A DNA stretch of 64,000 nucleotides, taken from an uncultured Planctomycetia bacterium (lineage in GTDB: Bacteria; Omnitrophota; Gorgyraeia; Taenaricolales; CAZCCH01). The notes under the pieces were generated by a model. The model was not told the DNA's origin and made no database searches. It saw only the letters and a list, made by a program, of their open reading frames with translations. This document shows, in pieces, positions 17,394-27,682 of this stretch (its first letter is position 1; the number at the start of each line of letters is the position of its first letter). The DNA is taken from assembly GCA_964497315.1 (NCBI GenBank), contig CAZCCH010000007.1:4503-68502 (forward strand), in the 5' to 3' direction. Made by a program: the position numbers and the translations under genes.

Positions 17394-19640
17394 ATGAGAA
17401 GAAAGTTTTCGATAATCTTACTTTTATGTTTGGTCTTTGCGGGGTTTTCAGCGCACAGTACTTTTGCTGAACAATCACAAGAAGCCAAAGAGCCTGTTGT
17501 GTTGAATTTTTGGGAGCTTAGTGTAGGTGAAGAGCTTATGCGCGAGCTTTTGGATAAGTTTGAAAAAGAAAACCCGCACATTAAAGTAAGACTCCAGCAG
17601 CTTTCATGGGATTATGGTTTTGATAAGATAATACTTTCTATTGCAGCTGGTAATGCCCCTGATGTATGCGAGCTAGGTACAGACTGGGTGCCGAAGTTTT
17701 CATCAAGTGGTGTCCTTTTGGATATAACAGACGATGTCCAGGAGATAAAAGACGACTACCTCCTATGGGAACCCACCTACTACAAAGACAGAATTTATGG
17801 AGCCCCCTGGCTTGCTGGCACGAGGGTCATGTTTTACAACAGAGACCTTTTTTTTAAAGCAGGCCTAGACCCAGATAAACCCCCTACGACATGGGATGAG
17901 TTATTAAAGGCCGCAAGAAAAATACACAAACTAGGACCTGATGTCTATGGTTTTGGGATGTTTGCTGCTGAACCTTATGCACCCTGGCAGCAGTTTTTAC
18001 CGTTTGCCTGGGGAAACGGGGGAAGTGTTTTAAGTAAGGATTTATCAAAGGTAACAATAAACTCTCCTGAGGTTACAGAGGCCCTCCAGTTTTACAACAA
18101 GCTAAGGGATTACTCCATAGTTGACCGCCAACCCCAGATAAATACTATGTTTGCTCAAGAAAAGGTAGGTATACAGATATCAGGGTTTTGGAATTTTAAA
18201 CTTATCCCTAGGTTTAACCCTAAACTAAATTTCGGTGTTGCCCTCCTTCCGAAGCCCTCCTTATATAAAGGTTTTAGGGCAGCATTCGCAGGTGGGGAAA
18301 TTTTTGTAGTACTAAAAAATACAAAATACCCTAAAGAAGCACTAAAACTTATAAAGTTTTTAATAAAAGAAGAACATACCTTAGAGATAGTAAAGGTTCA
18401 GCATAATGTAGTGCCTACAAGTAAAACTTCATTAGATCATCCCTATTATAGAGCCCACCCGAATGAAAAGATTTTCTTCAAGCAAATGCTTACTGCCGTA
18501 GCCCCCCCAAATCATCCAGACTGGGTTTCCATACAGGAGGAGGTTACAAAACTCATAGAAGAGGTCATAATAGGTAACAAGCCTGTTAAAGAGGCCCTAG
18601 ATAGCGCTGCTTTTCGTATCGATGGGATATTAAAAAGAGAAAAGGTAACGGGACGCCTTACTGATAAATTGATAGCGCTTATAATTTGTATATTGGCACT
18701 CCTTTTAATAGTTGGTACATATATCACAAGAAAGATAAAAAAGAAAAAGTCCCAGATGCAGTTTTCTTTAAGGAAGCACTATACAACCCTGATATTTTTA
18801 TCGCCCTGGGTTGTGACATTTTTGGTTTTTGGAATTTATCCATTAGTTTACTCTGTAATAATAAGTTTGTGTAAATACAATCTTTTGAGTTCCCAGCTTA
18901 CATTTGCAGGATTAAGTAACTTTATAAGTGTTTTAAAAGACGTAGAATTCAGGCGCGCCGTGTGGCATACAATATATTTTGCTGCTGGCACCATACCATT
19001 TACAATGGCAATGGCGCTTTTTTGCGCGGTGTTGATAAATCAAAAAATACCTTTTAAGCAGCTTTACCAGGCAGGTCTTTTTATACCGGTTGCCACTTCA
19101 GTAATAGTTATAGCAACTATCTTTAGTTTTATCTATTCACCAGGGGGGCTTTTAAATGCAACTTTAGCAAAATTACAACTACCGTTTCCCAAGCCTAGCT
19201 GGCTTATGAATATAAAGTGGGCCTTACCTTCTATTATGTTTATGAATGTATGGGCAAGTTTTGGATACTACATGGTATTATTTTTAGCAGGCCTTCAGAC
19301 AATACCAAGCTCCTTGTATGAAGCAGCTTCTATAGATGGCGCAAATGAATGGCAACAATTCTGGCATATTACCTTGCCGCAGTTACGACCCATAATGCTT
19401 TTTGCAATGGTAATAAATACAATACGTACCTTCCAGGTGTTCCCTGAAATATTTGCTATGACAAGAGGAGGGCCTCTTGGGTCTACTACAACAATAGTTT
19501 ACTATCTATATGAAAAAGGCTTCCATAAATTCCAGATGGGCGAAGCGGCAGCTGTTGCGTATCTATTGTTTTTCATGATATTGGGATTTTCTCTTATACA
19601 GATGAAGTTTTTTAAGATGGGAGAGCAGACGGCAGAATGA
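17394..19640 (+). CDS. Fusion protein: carbohydrate ABC-transporter solute-binding protein (family 1) + ABC permease (MalF/UgpA-like)
   Basis: Signal peptide, then about 430 aa of SBP-like sequence. Linker TM, then a permease with EAA loop EAASIDGANEWQQFWHITLPQLRP. 748 aa in total. Confidence 0.7.
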   Translation: MRRKFSIILLLCLVFAGFSAHSTFAEQSQEAKEPVVLNFWELSVGEELMRELLDKFEKENPHIKVRLQQLSWDYGFDKIILSIAAGNAPDVCELGTDWVPKFSSSGVLLDITDDVQEIKDDYLLWEPTYYKDRIYGAPWLAGTRVMFYNRDLFFKAGLDPDKPPTTWDELLKAARKIHKLGPDVYGFGMFAAEPYAPWQQFLPFAWGNGGSVLSKDLSKVTINSPEVTEALQFYNKLRDYSIVDRQPQINTMFAQEKVGIQISGFWNFKLIPRFNPKLNFGVALLPKPSLYKGFRAAFAGGEIFVVLKNTKYPKEALKLIKFLIKEEHTLEIVKVQHNVVPTSKTSLDHPYYRAHPNEKIFFKQMLTAVAPPNHPDWVSIQEEVTKLIEEVIIGNKPVKEALDSAAFRIDGILKREKVTGRLTDKLIALIICILALLLIVGTYITRKIKKKKSQMQFSLRKHYTTLIFLSPWVVTFLVFGIYPLVYSVIISLCKYNLLSSQLTFAGLSNFISVLKDVEFRRAVWHTIYFAAGTIPFTMAMALFCAVLINQKIPFKQLYQAGLFIPVATSVIVIATIFSFIYSPGGLLNATLAKLQLPFPKPSWLMNIKWALPSIMFMNVWASFGYYMVLFLAGLQTIPSSLYEAASIDGANEWQQFWHITLPQLRPIMLFAMVINTIRTFQVFPEIFAMTRGGPLGSTTTIVYYLYEKGFHKFQMGEAAAVAYLLFFMILGFSLIQMKFFKMGEQTAE

Positions 19641-20932
19641 AACGCTCCTCGATTATAATAACAAGTTGCATAGTTATTCTAACCATTGTCTTAATATTGA
19701 CTATGGTCCCACTTATATTGATGTTTCATACATCCATTAAGACAGGTGGAACCCTTTTTGAGAACGTGGACCAAATTTTAGTTGCAGATTTTGATAGGGG
19801 TACAACTAACTCTATAGGTGGGCCTATTGCTGTAAATGTAGGCGTACCTTCCTGGGTGAATTTTTCATTTTTAGAAGATACAGCAAAGGGTGGTCGATTT
19901 GTTCAGATAGATTTCTTTAAAGAAACACAAGGTGAAGCAATATGGTGGACAAGGCTTGGACAAGATATGCGCAGGTTCTCAAGGCTTGAGGTGTTAGTTA
20001 GGGGTTTAAGTGGAGACGAAAGCTTTAGCTTGGGCTTTAGGGATGTTAAGGGGCGAAAGACACTTTTACCTATTTCAAATTATACAAAGGATGGCTTAAA
20101 GGATGTCTGGCAAAAAATAGTAATCCCAACGAGGGATTTTGATTTTTCTTTAATAAACCCCAAGTTTAGAGAAAAGTCTGCAGAAGATTTTATTATAAGC
20201 TTTAATAAGCCATCAAGTGGCGCTATCCAAATTGACGATGTCAGACTTTATTTTCGTCCTTTTACCTTAGATAATTATGTAGATGTATTAATAAGTGGAC
20301 CATTTGGAAGGTATTTCTTTAATAGTGCCTTTATTGCATTTATAGTTGTCGGGGGAAATCTATTATTTAGTTCAATGGTAGGTTATGCCTTTGCCAGGAG
20401 AGATTTCCCATGGAAGAACCTTTTATTTATTTTGATATTAGGTTCTTTAATGATACCGCCACAGGTTTTCATGGTACCTGTTTTTATTTTAATGAAAAAC
20501 CTAAACTGGTTAAATACATATTGGGCCTTGACTTTGCCTACTTTGGTAACGCCATTCAATGTATTTTTAATGCGCCAATATATAAGTAAACTTCCTACAT
20601 CATTAGAAGACGCAGCCAGAATAGACGGTGCAAATGATTTTCAAATATTTTTTAAAGTGATAATGCCACTGGCCACACCTGCATTAGCAGTTGTTGGCAT
20701 AAATACTTTTATGGGCACCTGGAATACCTTCCTGTATCCGTTTATCTTAACAAATACCCCTCAAATGAGAACATTGCCAGTAGGTTTGGCTTTGTACAAA
20801 AGTCTGCAAGGTGTTGACTGGGTTCACCTAATGGCTGGTTCAGGTATTACCGCCATTCCTGTAATAATAGTCTTTTTGGCCTTTCAAAGGTATATCATAG
20901 CAGGACTTACCGCCGGATCTACTAAAGGATAA
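19637..20932 (+). CDS. Carbohydrate ABC-transporter permease (MalG/UgpE-like) with a ~190-aa CBM-like extracytoplasmic insert after TM1
   Basis: EAA loop EDAARIDGANDFQIFFKVIMPLATPAL. Insert residues about 40-210 end in GAIQIDDVRLYF, resembling the tails in the giant ORF (GTIYIDDIMF) and the Wzy-like fusion (GSMYIDEFEFF). Confidence 0.7.
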   Translation: MKRSSIIITSCIVILTIVLILTMVPLILMFHTSIKTGGTLFENVDQILVADFDRGTTNSIGGPIAVNVGVPSWVNFSFLEDTAKGGRFVQIDFFKETQGEAIWWTRLGQDMRRFSRLEVLVRGLSGDESFSLGFRDVKGRKTLLPISNYTKDGLKDVWQKIVIPTRDFDFSLINPKFREKSAEDFIISFNKPSSGAIQIDDVRLYFRPFTLDNYVDVLISGPFGRYFFNSAFIAFIVVGGNLLFSSMVGYAFARRDFPWKNLLFILILGSLMIPPQVFMVPVFILMKNLNWLNTYWALTLPTLVTPFNVFLMRQYISKLPTSLEDAARIDGANDFQIFFKVIMPLATPALAVVGINTFMGTWNTFLYPFILTNTPQMRTLPVGLALYKSLQGVDWVHLMAGSGITAIPVIIVFLAFQRYIIAGLTAGSTKG

Positions 20933-20936
20933 AAAA

Positions 20937-21935
20937 ATGAAACTAGGTGTTAGCTATTTTGGAAATAGGATGCCGCAGTCTGTAGAAGAGGACATGAAAA
21001 AAATCAAAGACAACGGCTGTAATTTTATTGTGCACACATTTAGTGAAACAGACCTTGAGTATTACCCAGGCACAATGGAGAAAATAGTTAACTCTTCTAA
21101 AAAATGCGGCCTTGAGGTATGGCTTGATCCCTGGGGGGTTGGTAGGGTATGGGGCGGCGAGAGTTATTCTGAACTTATTGCAAAAGATTTAGATGTACGC
21201 CAGATTAATGCAGAGGGCCATTCTTTACCTATAGCCTGTTTAAACAACCCTAGTTTTGTAGAATTTATGAAAAAATGGACAGACGCTGCCTTACAATGCG
21301 GGGCTGATGTGTTGTTTTGGGATGAACCGCATTTTTATATTTATCCTGAGGATGAAGGTTGCAGGGCGTGGGCGTGTAAATGTAAACACTGCCAAAAATT
21401 ATTCAAAAAAAGATTTAGCGAAGCTATGCCATCTCTTTTAAATGACAACCTAAGAGAGTTTAAGGAAGATTCAATAGTAGACTTTTTGACTAAGCTCTGT
21501 GATTATGCCAAAAAGAAAAACGTTATAAATAGTATGTGTTTTTTACCTTTTGAGAATTCCAGTACAGTCAATAATTGGGAGAAGGTGGCCAAGATAAAGA
21601 ATTTGGATATCATAGGTAGTGATCCATATTGGCGAAAAGGCCAGAGCGAAGAAGAGATAATAGAGCGCGTTGGTAGTTTTTCAAAGAGGATTCAAGATTT
21701 ATCTTTGAAGCATAACAAAGAAGGTCAGATTTGGATACTGAACTTCGCTATAGAAAAAGGAAAAGAATCAGATATAGAGTTAGCTGTTGAGACTGCATAC
21801 AAAGAAGGAATAAGAGATATTGCTGCATGGAGCTATTATGGCACCGCACAGATGTCGTCATTAGCCTGTGATGACCCTGAAACTACATGGAAGACATTAG
21901 GAAAGGTTTATAAAAGGTTAAGCAAATTGCCTTGA
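20937..21935 (+). CDS. Hypothetical protein; TIM-barrel hydrolase/epimerase-like guess, with CxCxHC cluster
   Basis: 332 aa, no signal peptide. Motifs GVSYFGN, WLDPWG, FWDEPHF, CKCKHC. Function not recognisable from sequence alone. Confidence 0.25.
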   Translation: MKLGVSYFGNRMPQSVEEDMKKIKDNGCNFIVHTFSETDLEYYPGTMEKIVNSSKKCGLEVWLDPWGVGRVWGGESYSELIAKDLDVRQINAEGHSLPIACLNNPSFVEFMKKWTDAALQCGADVLFWDEPHFYIYPEDEGCRAWACKCKHCQKLFKKRFSEAMPSLLNDNLREFKEDSIVDFLTKLCDYAKKKNVINSMCFLPFENSSTVNNWEKVAKIKNLDIIGSDPYWRKGQSEEEIIERVGSFSKRIQDLSLKHNKEGQIWILNFAIEKGKESDIELAVETAYKEGIRDIAAWSYYGTAQMSSLACDDPETTWKTLGKVYKRLSKLP

Positions 21936-22006
21936 CATGCCCAATAAGGCGTGGTAAAATCATTTAAAATTAAATTGTAAAGTTTAGAATAAAGTCGAGG
22001 GAAAAA

Positions 22007-23212
22007 ATGAAAAACCCTAATGTAGATAATCATAATTTTTCCGATAAAGAACGGAAAAACCTGGCTGTTTTGGAGTCAATAAAAAGAAATGGCCCAATAA
22101 GCAAGGCTGACATCTCCAAGATGACCAAGTTAAACATAGTTACAGTTTCAAATTATGTTAACACCTTTATTGAAAAAGGGTTAGTAATTGAAAAAGGCTT
22201 AGATGTTTCAAGTGGTGGACGCAGGCCAACAATGGTAGAACTAAGTCCTAAGGCCAATTATGTCATTGGCATAGACTTGGGTGTTAATAATATTATAGGT
22301 ATCCTTGGTGATTTGGATGCAAAGGTAATTCGCAAAGAAAAAGCAAAGAGGCCAAAGGACAGCGCAGAAAAGGTAATAAATACTATTGTTGAAATCATAG
22401 GCAAACTAATAAAGACCCCTGATGTAGACTCTAATAAGATAGCAGGTGTCTGTATAGGTGCCTCTGGAGTAATAGATAAAGAAGCAGGTACAGTCCGCTG
22501 TACAGAAGGTGTAGCAAGTATTTATGTGCCTATAAACAATATCCTAGAGCAAAAATTCGGTATTTCTACATTTATAGAGCATGATGCCACAGCAGCTGCT
22601 TATGGCGAGTGGTCATTAGGCTTAGGTGCTGAGGCAAGGGTTATGCTATATATGTATTCAGGTGTTGGCTGTGGGATTATAATAAACGGTGAGATATATC
22701 ATGGTGTCAGTGGAACTGCAGGTGAGGTAAGCCTTAAGGATTTGGTAGATTATTCATCTCACTGGGCCACTGAAACAGAGATATTAAAACCTTGGGCATT
22801 GCATTTAGGTCTACCAGATGCTGCAAAAAAGATCCTAGAAGAAAAGGGTTCTGACTCAAAGATATTCAAAGAAGCAGGTGGAGACCCCACAAAGATAACC
22901 ACAGATATAATATTCAGGGCTGCTAAAGAGAATGATAAACTCGCAGTTGAGCTTTTAAAAAAGGCAGGTGAGAGGCTTGGCGTGAGAATTTCATTTTTAG
23001 TAAATCTTCTAAATCCAGGTGTTGTGATTATCGGTGGTGGCATAGAACAAGCTGGCCCACCGCTTTTAGATACAATAAAGCAGATGATTAAGGCTTGCTG
23101 CTTTGAAGAAATGGCCGAGGCTGTAAAGATTATCCCAGCCCGGCTTGGGGAAGATGCCGTAGCCTTAGGCTCAGCGAGTCTTGTTATAAGAAGTGTTTTT
23201 GCACAGGCATAA
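22007..23212 (+). CDS. ROK-family transcriptional regulator (NagC/Mlc-like)
   Basis: N-terminal winged HTH LAVLESIKRNGPISKADISKMTKLNIVTVSNYVN. ROK sugar-kinase fold motifs GIDLGVNNIIG and HGVSGTAGEV. Confidence 0.7.
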   Translation: MKNPNVDNHNFSDKERKNLAVLESIKRNGPISKADISKMTKLNIVTVSNYVNTFIEKGLVIEKGLDVSSGGRRPTMVELSPKANYVIGIDLGVNNIIGILGDLDAKVIRKEKAKRPKDSAEKVINTIVEIIGKLIKTPDVDSNKIAGVCIGASGVIDKEAGTVRCTEGVASIYVPINNILEQKFGISTFIEHDATAAAYGEWSLGLGAEARVMLYMYSGVGCGIIINGEIYHGVSGTAGEVSLKDLVDYSSHWATETEILKPWALHLGLPDAAKKILEEKGSDSKIFKEAGGDPTKITTDIIFRAAKENDKLAVELLKKAGERLGVRISFLVNLLNPGVVIIGGGIEQAGPPLLDTIKQMIKACCFEEMAEAVKIIPARLGEDAVALGSASLVIRSVFAQA

Positions 23213-23298
23213 AATAGAATAAATAGTCTTAAGCCTACCTGATTAACCCCTAGAAAACATAAAGATAGAAATTGAAATGGTAATAAAGGAGGATACGT

Positions 23299-25662
23299 AT
23301 GCAATACGGTCATTTTTCAGAAGATAGAATGGAGTATATAATTACTAGACCAGATACGCCCAAACCATGGTTTAATTATTTGTTTAATAATTCCTATCAT
23401 GCACTTATCTCACAAACCGGAGGTGGTTTTAGTTATTATAAAGACCCGAAGTTTTATAGATTTTCAAGATACGATCACCTTTCAACCGACAGACCCGGTC
23501 GGTATTGTTTTATAAGAGATACAAAGACAAAAGATGCATGGAGTATTAATTGGCAGCCTGTTAGAAAAAAATTACAGAGCTGGCAATGTAGGCATGGGCT
23601 AGGCTACACAACGATAAATGCAAAAAATAAAGGGATATCTTCTGAATTGAGTTATATCGTTACACTTAAAGACCCCGCAGAATTATGGAAGGTAAAACTT
23701 ACAAACAATTCTAAAACTAAAAGGCGCTTAAAATTATTTCCCATGCTTGAGCTTATATGCGGGGATGTAGCCCTTGAGATACACTACAAAAACATCCTTA
23801 TGCTTTACAACCAGGCTAACTTTAATAAAAAACTTAAGGCAATAGTTGCATTTAAACATACATTTATCGCTGGGAAAGATTTTGGATTTGGGTTTATGGC
23901 GACAGATCAAGAGATAGAGAATTTTGATACAGTCCGTGATGCCTTCTGGGGTCCTTACAATGACTGCGGTATTCCTTTAGCTGTCTCAAATGGCAAATGC
24001 TCCAATAGCGAATGCCGCGGAGAAGAAATGTTATCCGCCTTAGAGATAGACGTAGAGTTAGAGGTTGGCGAAAGCAAGGAAATTGTTTTAGTAACGGGTT
24101 ATGCTGAAAAACAAGCAGATATTGAAAAGTTAATTGATAAATATGGTTCTGTAAAAAAGTTTGATGCAGAACTTGGAAAAATTAAAAAACACTGGAAGGC
24201 TGAAGTTGAAAGGCTTTATGTAAAAACCCCTGATGATGATTTTAACACAATGGTAAATATATGGGGTAAGTACCAGCTTTTTGCAATAACCCACTGGCGT
24301 GGGACTTCACACTATCATGGCGTAGAAGGAGGCTTGGGTTACAGGGATACCGCTCAAGATGCCGAGGGGCTTTTTTCACAAGATGCAAAGCTTGCAAAGG
24401 AAAAGCTAGAGAAGATTTTGTATTATCAGTATAATTGCGGGCATGCAGTCAGCGGGTTTTCAGATATTGAAGGTACCTGGGAGAAGATGGGCCAGGCAGG
24501 CCTTGTAATGAAGGCCGATGTAGCAGTATGGCTTCCCTATGCTGTTGTCTCATATCTTAAAGAAACAGGAGATTTTGATTACCTTGATAAAGTGGTACCT
24601 TTCCATGATGGCGGAGAGGCGACAGTCTATGAACATGTTTTAAGAGCAATAAGGTATCTATTTTCTGCTGTTGGCAAACACGGACTTCCTTTAATAGGAA
24701 AAGCTGATTGGAATGATGCCTATGATGCAGTTGGTATAAAAGGAAAAGGTGAAAGCATCTGGCTTGGTATGGCATTATGCCGGGCATGCAAACAGGTTGC
24801 AGAACTTGCAGATTATATCGGTGACTCGCATATAGCTGATGAGATGATGAAGATGTATGAAAAGATGCGCAAGGCTGTAAATAAAGCAGGTTGGGATGGC
24901 GATTGGTACCTGGCTGCATTTAATGATGAGGGCCTCAAGATCGGTTCAAAGCAAAATAAGGAAGGAAAAGTACCTTTAAATAGTCAGACATGGGCGATAT
25001 TAAGTGATGTGGTTACAAAAGAGAGACTTCCAAAGATATTACGCAAGATAGATAAATATCTTGATACGGATTTCGGACCGGCGCTATTTTTACCATCTTA
25101 CACCTCTTACAACCCAGGCATAGGCCGTGTTACTGCCTTTGCCGAAGGGACAAAAGAAAACGCCGCTGTATTTTCACATGCCTGTGCCTTTAAGATTGTA
25201 TCTGATTGTACACTTAAAAGAGCAAAAGAGGCCTTTGATACATACAAAAAGCTTTGCCCGATGAATAAGGCAAAACACGACCACGAAAAGTACAAGGTAG
25301 AGCCTTATGTCTGGTCAGAGTATGTCGTAGGCCCCGGCTCTAAGCATAGATTTGGAGAGGGTGCTTTTACATGGAACACAGGTACTTCTCCTTGGATGTT
25401 TACTGCTGCAACAGAGTGGATTCTAGGTGTGCGCAGAGAATTTAAAGGGCTTTTGATTGATCCATGCATACCAAGTAAATGGAAGGAATGTTTTATTAGA
25501 AGACCATTCAGAGGGGCAGTATATGAAGTTACAATAAAAAATCCCAAGGGCAGCACTCACGGTGTAAAGATAGTTTTAGTAGATGGTAAGGTGCAGACTT
25601 CAAATTTGATAATTCCTCATAGAGATGGAAAAACGCACAGAGTAGAAGTAGTAATGAAATAG
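23299..25662 (+). CDS. GH94 family glycoside phosphorylase (cellobiose/chitobiose/cellodextrin phosphorylase-like)
   Basis: 787 aa. N-terminus YGHFSEDRMEYIITRPDTPKPWFNYLFN..ALISQTGGGFSY matches the conserved GH94 N-terminal region. RBS AAGGAGG upstream. Confidence 0.7.
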   Translation: MQYGHFSEDRMEYIITRPDTPKPWFNYLFNNSYHALISQTGGGFSYYKDPKFYRFSRYDHLSTDRPGRYCFIRDTKTKDAWSINWQPVRKKLQSWQCRHGLGYTTINAKNKGISSELSYIVTLKDPAELWKVKLTNNSKTKRRLKLFPMLELICGDVALEIHYKNILMLYNQANFNKKLKAIVAFKHTFIAGKDFGFGFMATDQEIENFDTVRDAFWGPYNDCGIPLAVSNGKCSNSECRGEEMLSALEIDVELEVGESKEIVLVTGYAEKQADIEKLIDKYGSVKKFDAELGKIKKHWKAEVERLYVKTPDDDFNTMVNIWGKYQLFAITHWRGTSHYHGVEGGLGYRDTAQDAEGLFSQDAKLAKEKLEKILYYQYNCGHAVSGFSDIEGTWEKMGQAGLVMKADVAVWLPYAVVSYLKETGDFDYLDKVVPFHDGGEATVYEHVLRAIRYLFSAVGKHGLPLIGKADWNDAYDAVGIKGKGESIWLGMALCRACKQVAELADYIGDSHIADEMMKMYEKMRKAVNKAGWDGDWYLAAFNDEGLKIGSKQNKEGKVPLNSQTWAILSDVVTKERLPKILRKIDKYLDTDFGPALFLPSYTSYNPGIGRVTAFAEGTKENAAVFSHACAFKIVSDCTLKRAKEAFDTYKKLCPMNKAKHDHEKYKVEPYVWSEYVVGPGSKHRFGEGAFTWNTGTSPWMFTAATEWILGVRREFKGLLIDPCIPSKWKECFIRRPFRGAVYEVTIKNPKGSTHGVKIVLVDGKVQTSNLIIPHRDGKTHRVEVVMK

Positions 25663-25671
25663 GTTAAAGCT

Positions 25672-26997
25672 ATGTCATTAAAAGTAGGTGTTTCAGGGGT
25701 TAGGGGAATATTTGGAAAATCTTTGACGAAAAATATAGCAGAGGTTTTTGCCTATGCCTTCGGTAAGTTTTGTAAAGGTAGAAAGATTTTAATAGGAAGT
25801 GACACACGTATAAGCGGACCACAAGTAAAAAAAGCCGTTATAAAAGGCCTTTTAAAATCAGGTGCAAAAATAATAGATTTGGGAATTTGCTCAACACCTA
25901 CAGTTTTATTTATGACAAGGAAGCTAAAGGCCGCAGGCAGCATTATAATAACCGCAAGTCATAATCCCAGGGAATGGAATGGTTTGAAGTTTGTAAGATG
26001 TGACGGTACATTTTTAAATGCTTCTGAGGCAAAAAAATTCTATGATATCTATTACAAAACAAAACCAATTCCTAAAAAACCAACCCCTAAAAGAAAAATC
26101 AACTTCCAAAAGAATGCAATAGATTTACATATAAAAGAAGTCTTGAAGCATTTAGATGTAAAATCCATAAGAACTAGAAAATTTAAAGTTGCTATTGATT
26201 ATTGCAATGGCACAGGCGCTGTAAGCACACCTAAGTTTTTAAAAAAACTAGGTTGTAAGGTTTTTCCAATAAATACAAAACCCGACGGTAAATTTGCACA
26301 TAATCCAGAACCTACTCCAAAAAATTTAGCACAGCTTTCTAAATTAGTTAAAAGAACTAAGGCAGATGTAGGTTTTGCACAAGACCCTGATGCAGATAGA
26401 CTTGCTGTTGTATCAGAGGCGGCAAAACCAATAGGTGAAGAAAATACACTCACACTTGCAGTTAAATATGTATTGTCAGGTTCAAAAAAGCAAAGAGTTG
26501 TTGTAAATCTATCTACTTCTCGTATGATAGATGATATCGCAAAAGAGTTTAGTGCGAAAGTTTACAGAACTGCAGTAGGGGAAACAAACGTTGTCAATAA
26601 AATGCGCAAGATTAATGCTATTATAGGTGGCGAGGGAAACGGTGGTGTGATTTATCCTGCTGTAAATTTTGGCAGGGATAGTTTTGTAGCAATGGGTCTA
26701 ATCTTACAATATATGGCTGCATCAAAAGAAAAAATTTCAAAATTAGTTAGTTTAATTCCACAATATAAAATGGTTAAGGTAAAATTTGAATGCAGTGCAG
26801 GAAAGACACCTGCAATTATTTCTAGAGTTAAAAAGAAATTTGGACATCAAAAGATTAATTACTTAGATGGTGTAAGAATTGATTGGCCAGATAGCTGGGT
26901 GCATATAAGGCCATCAAATACAGAGCCGATTATAAGAATTATCGCAGAGGCAAAAAGCATAAACAAGGCAAGACAATTAGCGAAAGAAGTTTTTTAG
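25672..26997 (+). CDS. Phosphoglucomutase/phosphomannomutase (alpha-D-phosphohexomutase superfamily)
   Basis: Active-site Ser loop IITASHNPREWNGLKF. Metal-binding DPDADRLAV. Sugar-binding GGEGNGG. Confidence 0.8.
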   Translation: MSLKVGVSGVRGIFGKSLTKNIAEVFAYAFGKFCKGRKILIGSDTRISGPQVKKAVIKGLLKSGAKIIDLGICSTPTVLFMTRKLKAAGSIIITASHNPREWNGLKFVRCDGTFLNASEAKKFYDIYYKTKPIPKKPTPKRKINFQKNAIDLHIKEVLKHLDVKSIRTRKFKVAIDYCNGTGAVSTPKFLKKLGCKVFPINTKPDGKFAHNPEPTPKNLAQLSKLVKRTKADVGFAQDPDADRLAVVSEAAKPIGEENTLTLAVKYVLSGSKKQRVVVNLSTSRMIDDIAKEFSAKVYRTAVGETNVVNKMRKINAIIGGEGNGGVIYPAVNFGRDSFVAMGLILQYMAASKEKISKLVSLIPQYKMVKVKFECSAGKTPAIISRVKKKFGHQKINYLDGVRIDWPDSWVHIRPSNTEPIIRIIAEAKSINKARQLAKEVF

Positions 26998-27009
26998 TAA
27001 CTTTTTTTC

Positions 27010-27038
27010 TTGACTATATCTTAAAATTGTATTATTAT
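27010..27038 (+). promoter_or_regulatory. Candidate sigma70 promoter (TTGACT-17-TATTAT)
   Basis: TTGACT at 27010-27015 and TATTAT at 27033-27038, about 200 nt upstream of the PilZ gene. Confidence 0.3.
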
Positions 27039-27235
27039 TAACTTGTAATATAGTAAGTTAAAGATGGAGGAAAGAATTAAATTTAACGGTGGTTAGAGGG
27101 GAGTAATTTGTGGGTAAAACAAGGCATGTAAGATTGCCGCTAACTACCCCGACATTTATAGAATGGTCTAAATCAAAGGATCAGGCTAAAAGGATTTATT
27201 TTCTAAAATTCTAATGCTTGATCTTTTTTATTGCC

Positions 27236-27655
27236 ATGATAAAGAGAAAAAGAGTAGTTGAAACAAGGGCTTTTCCCAGAATAGATGTGCATCACCTTGT
27301 AAAATATAGGGTTAAAAGTGATGCAAACTTTAAAGCCGTTATAGCAGGTGTTATAAATATAAGCGGAAATGGTATATTGTTCAAGGCTTCAAAACAGATA
27401 CCAAAAGACACAGAGTTGGAGCTGGAAGTAAACTTTCCAGGCCTTGAGAGACCATTTCAAGTAATTGCCAGGGTAGTAAGGAATCAGGTTAGGGACAAGG
27501 GTGGCTTTAAAGTTGCAGCGCACTTTACTGAAATAAAAGAGACCGAAAGAACCCAACTTGTAAGAAAGATAGATTTTGTCTTAAAAAAACTCAAAGAAAG
27601 AAAATCTTTCTTAATGCAGCTGAAAAAGAAAATAAAGAAGTTATTCGGCAGGTAG
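27236..27655 (+). CDS. PilZ-domain protein (c-di-GMP receptor-like)
   Basis: RKRVVETRAFPRIDV (RxxxR-like) followed by NISGNGILF (D/NxSxxG). About 140 aa. First gene of the codirectional EPS array. Start set at ATG 27236 (the ORF track has TTG 27218). Confidence 0.6.
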   Translation: MIKRKRVVETRAFPRIDVHHLVKYRVKSDANFKAVIAGVINISGNGILFKASKQIPKDTELELEVNFPGLERPFQVIARVVRNQVRDKGGFKVAAHFTEIKETERTQLVRKIDFVLKKLKERKSFLMQLKKKIKKLFGR

Positions 27656-27682
27656 AATTTGCATTAAAGGGGGGCAGGGAAG

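Noticed and set aside
27120-27215. 35-aa GTG-initiated ORF (VGKTRHVRLPLTTPTFIEWSKSKDQAKRIYFLKF) upstream of the PilZ gene
   Set aside because: No RBS, a non-ATG start, no recognisable motif. It is more likely 5' UTR.
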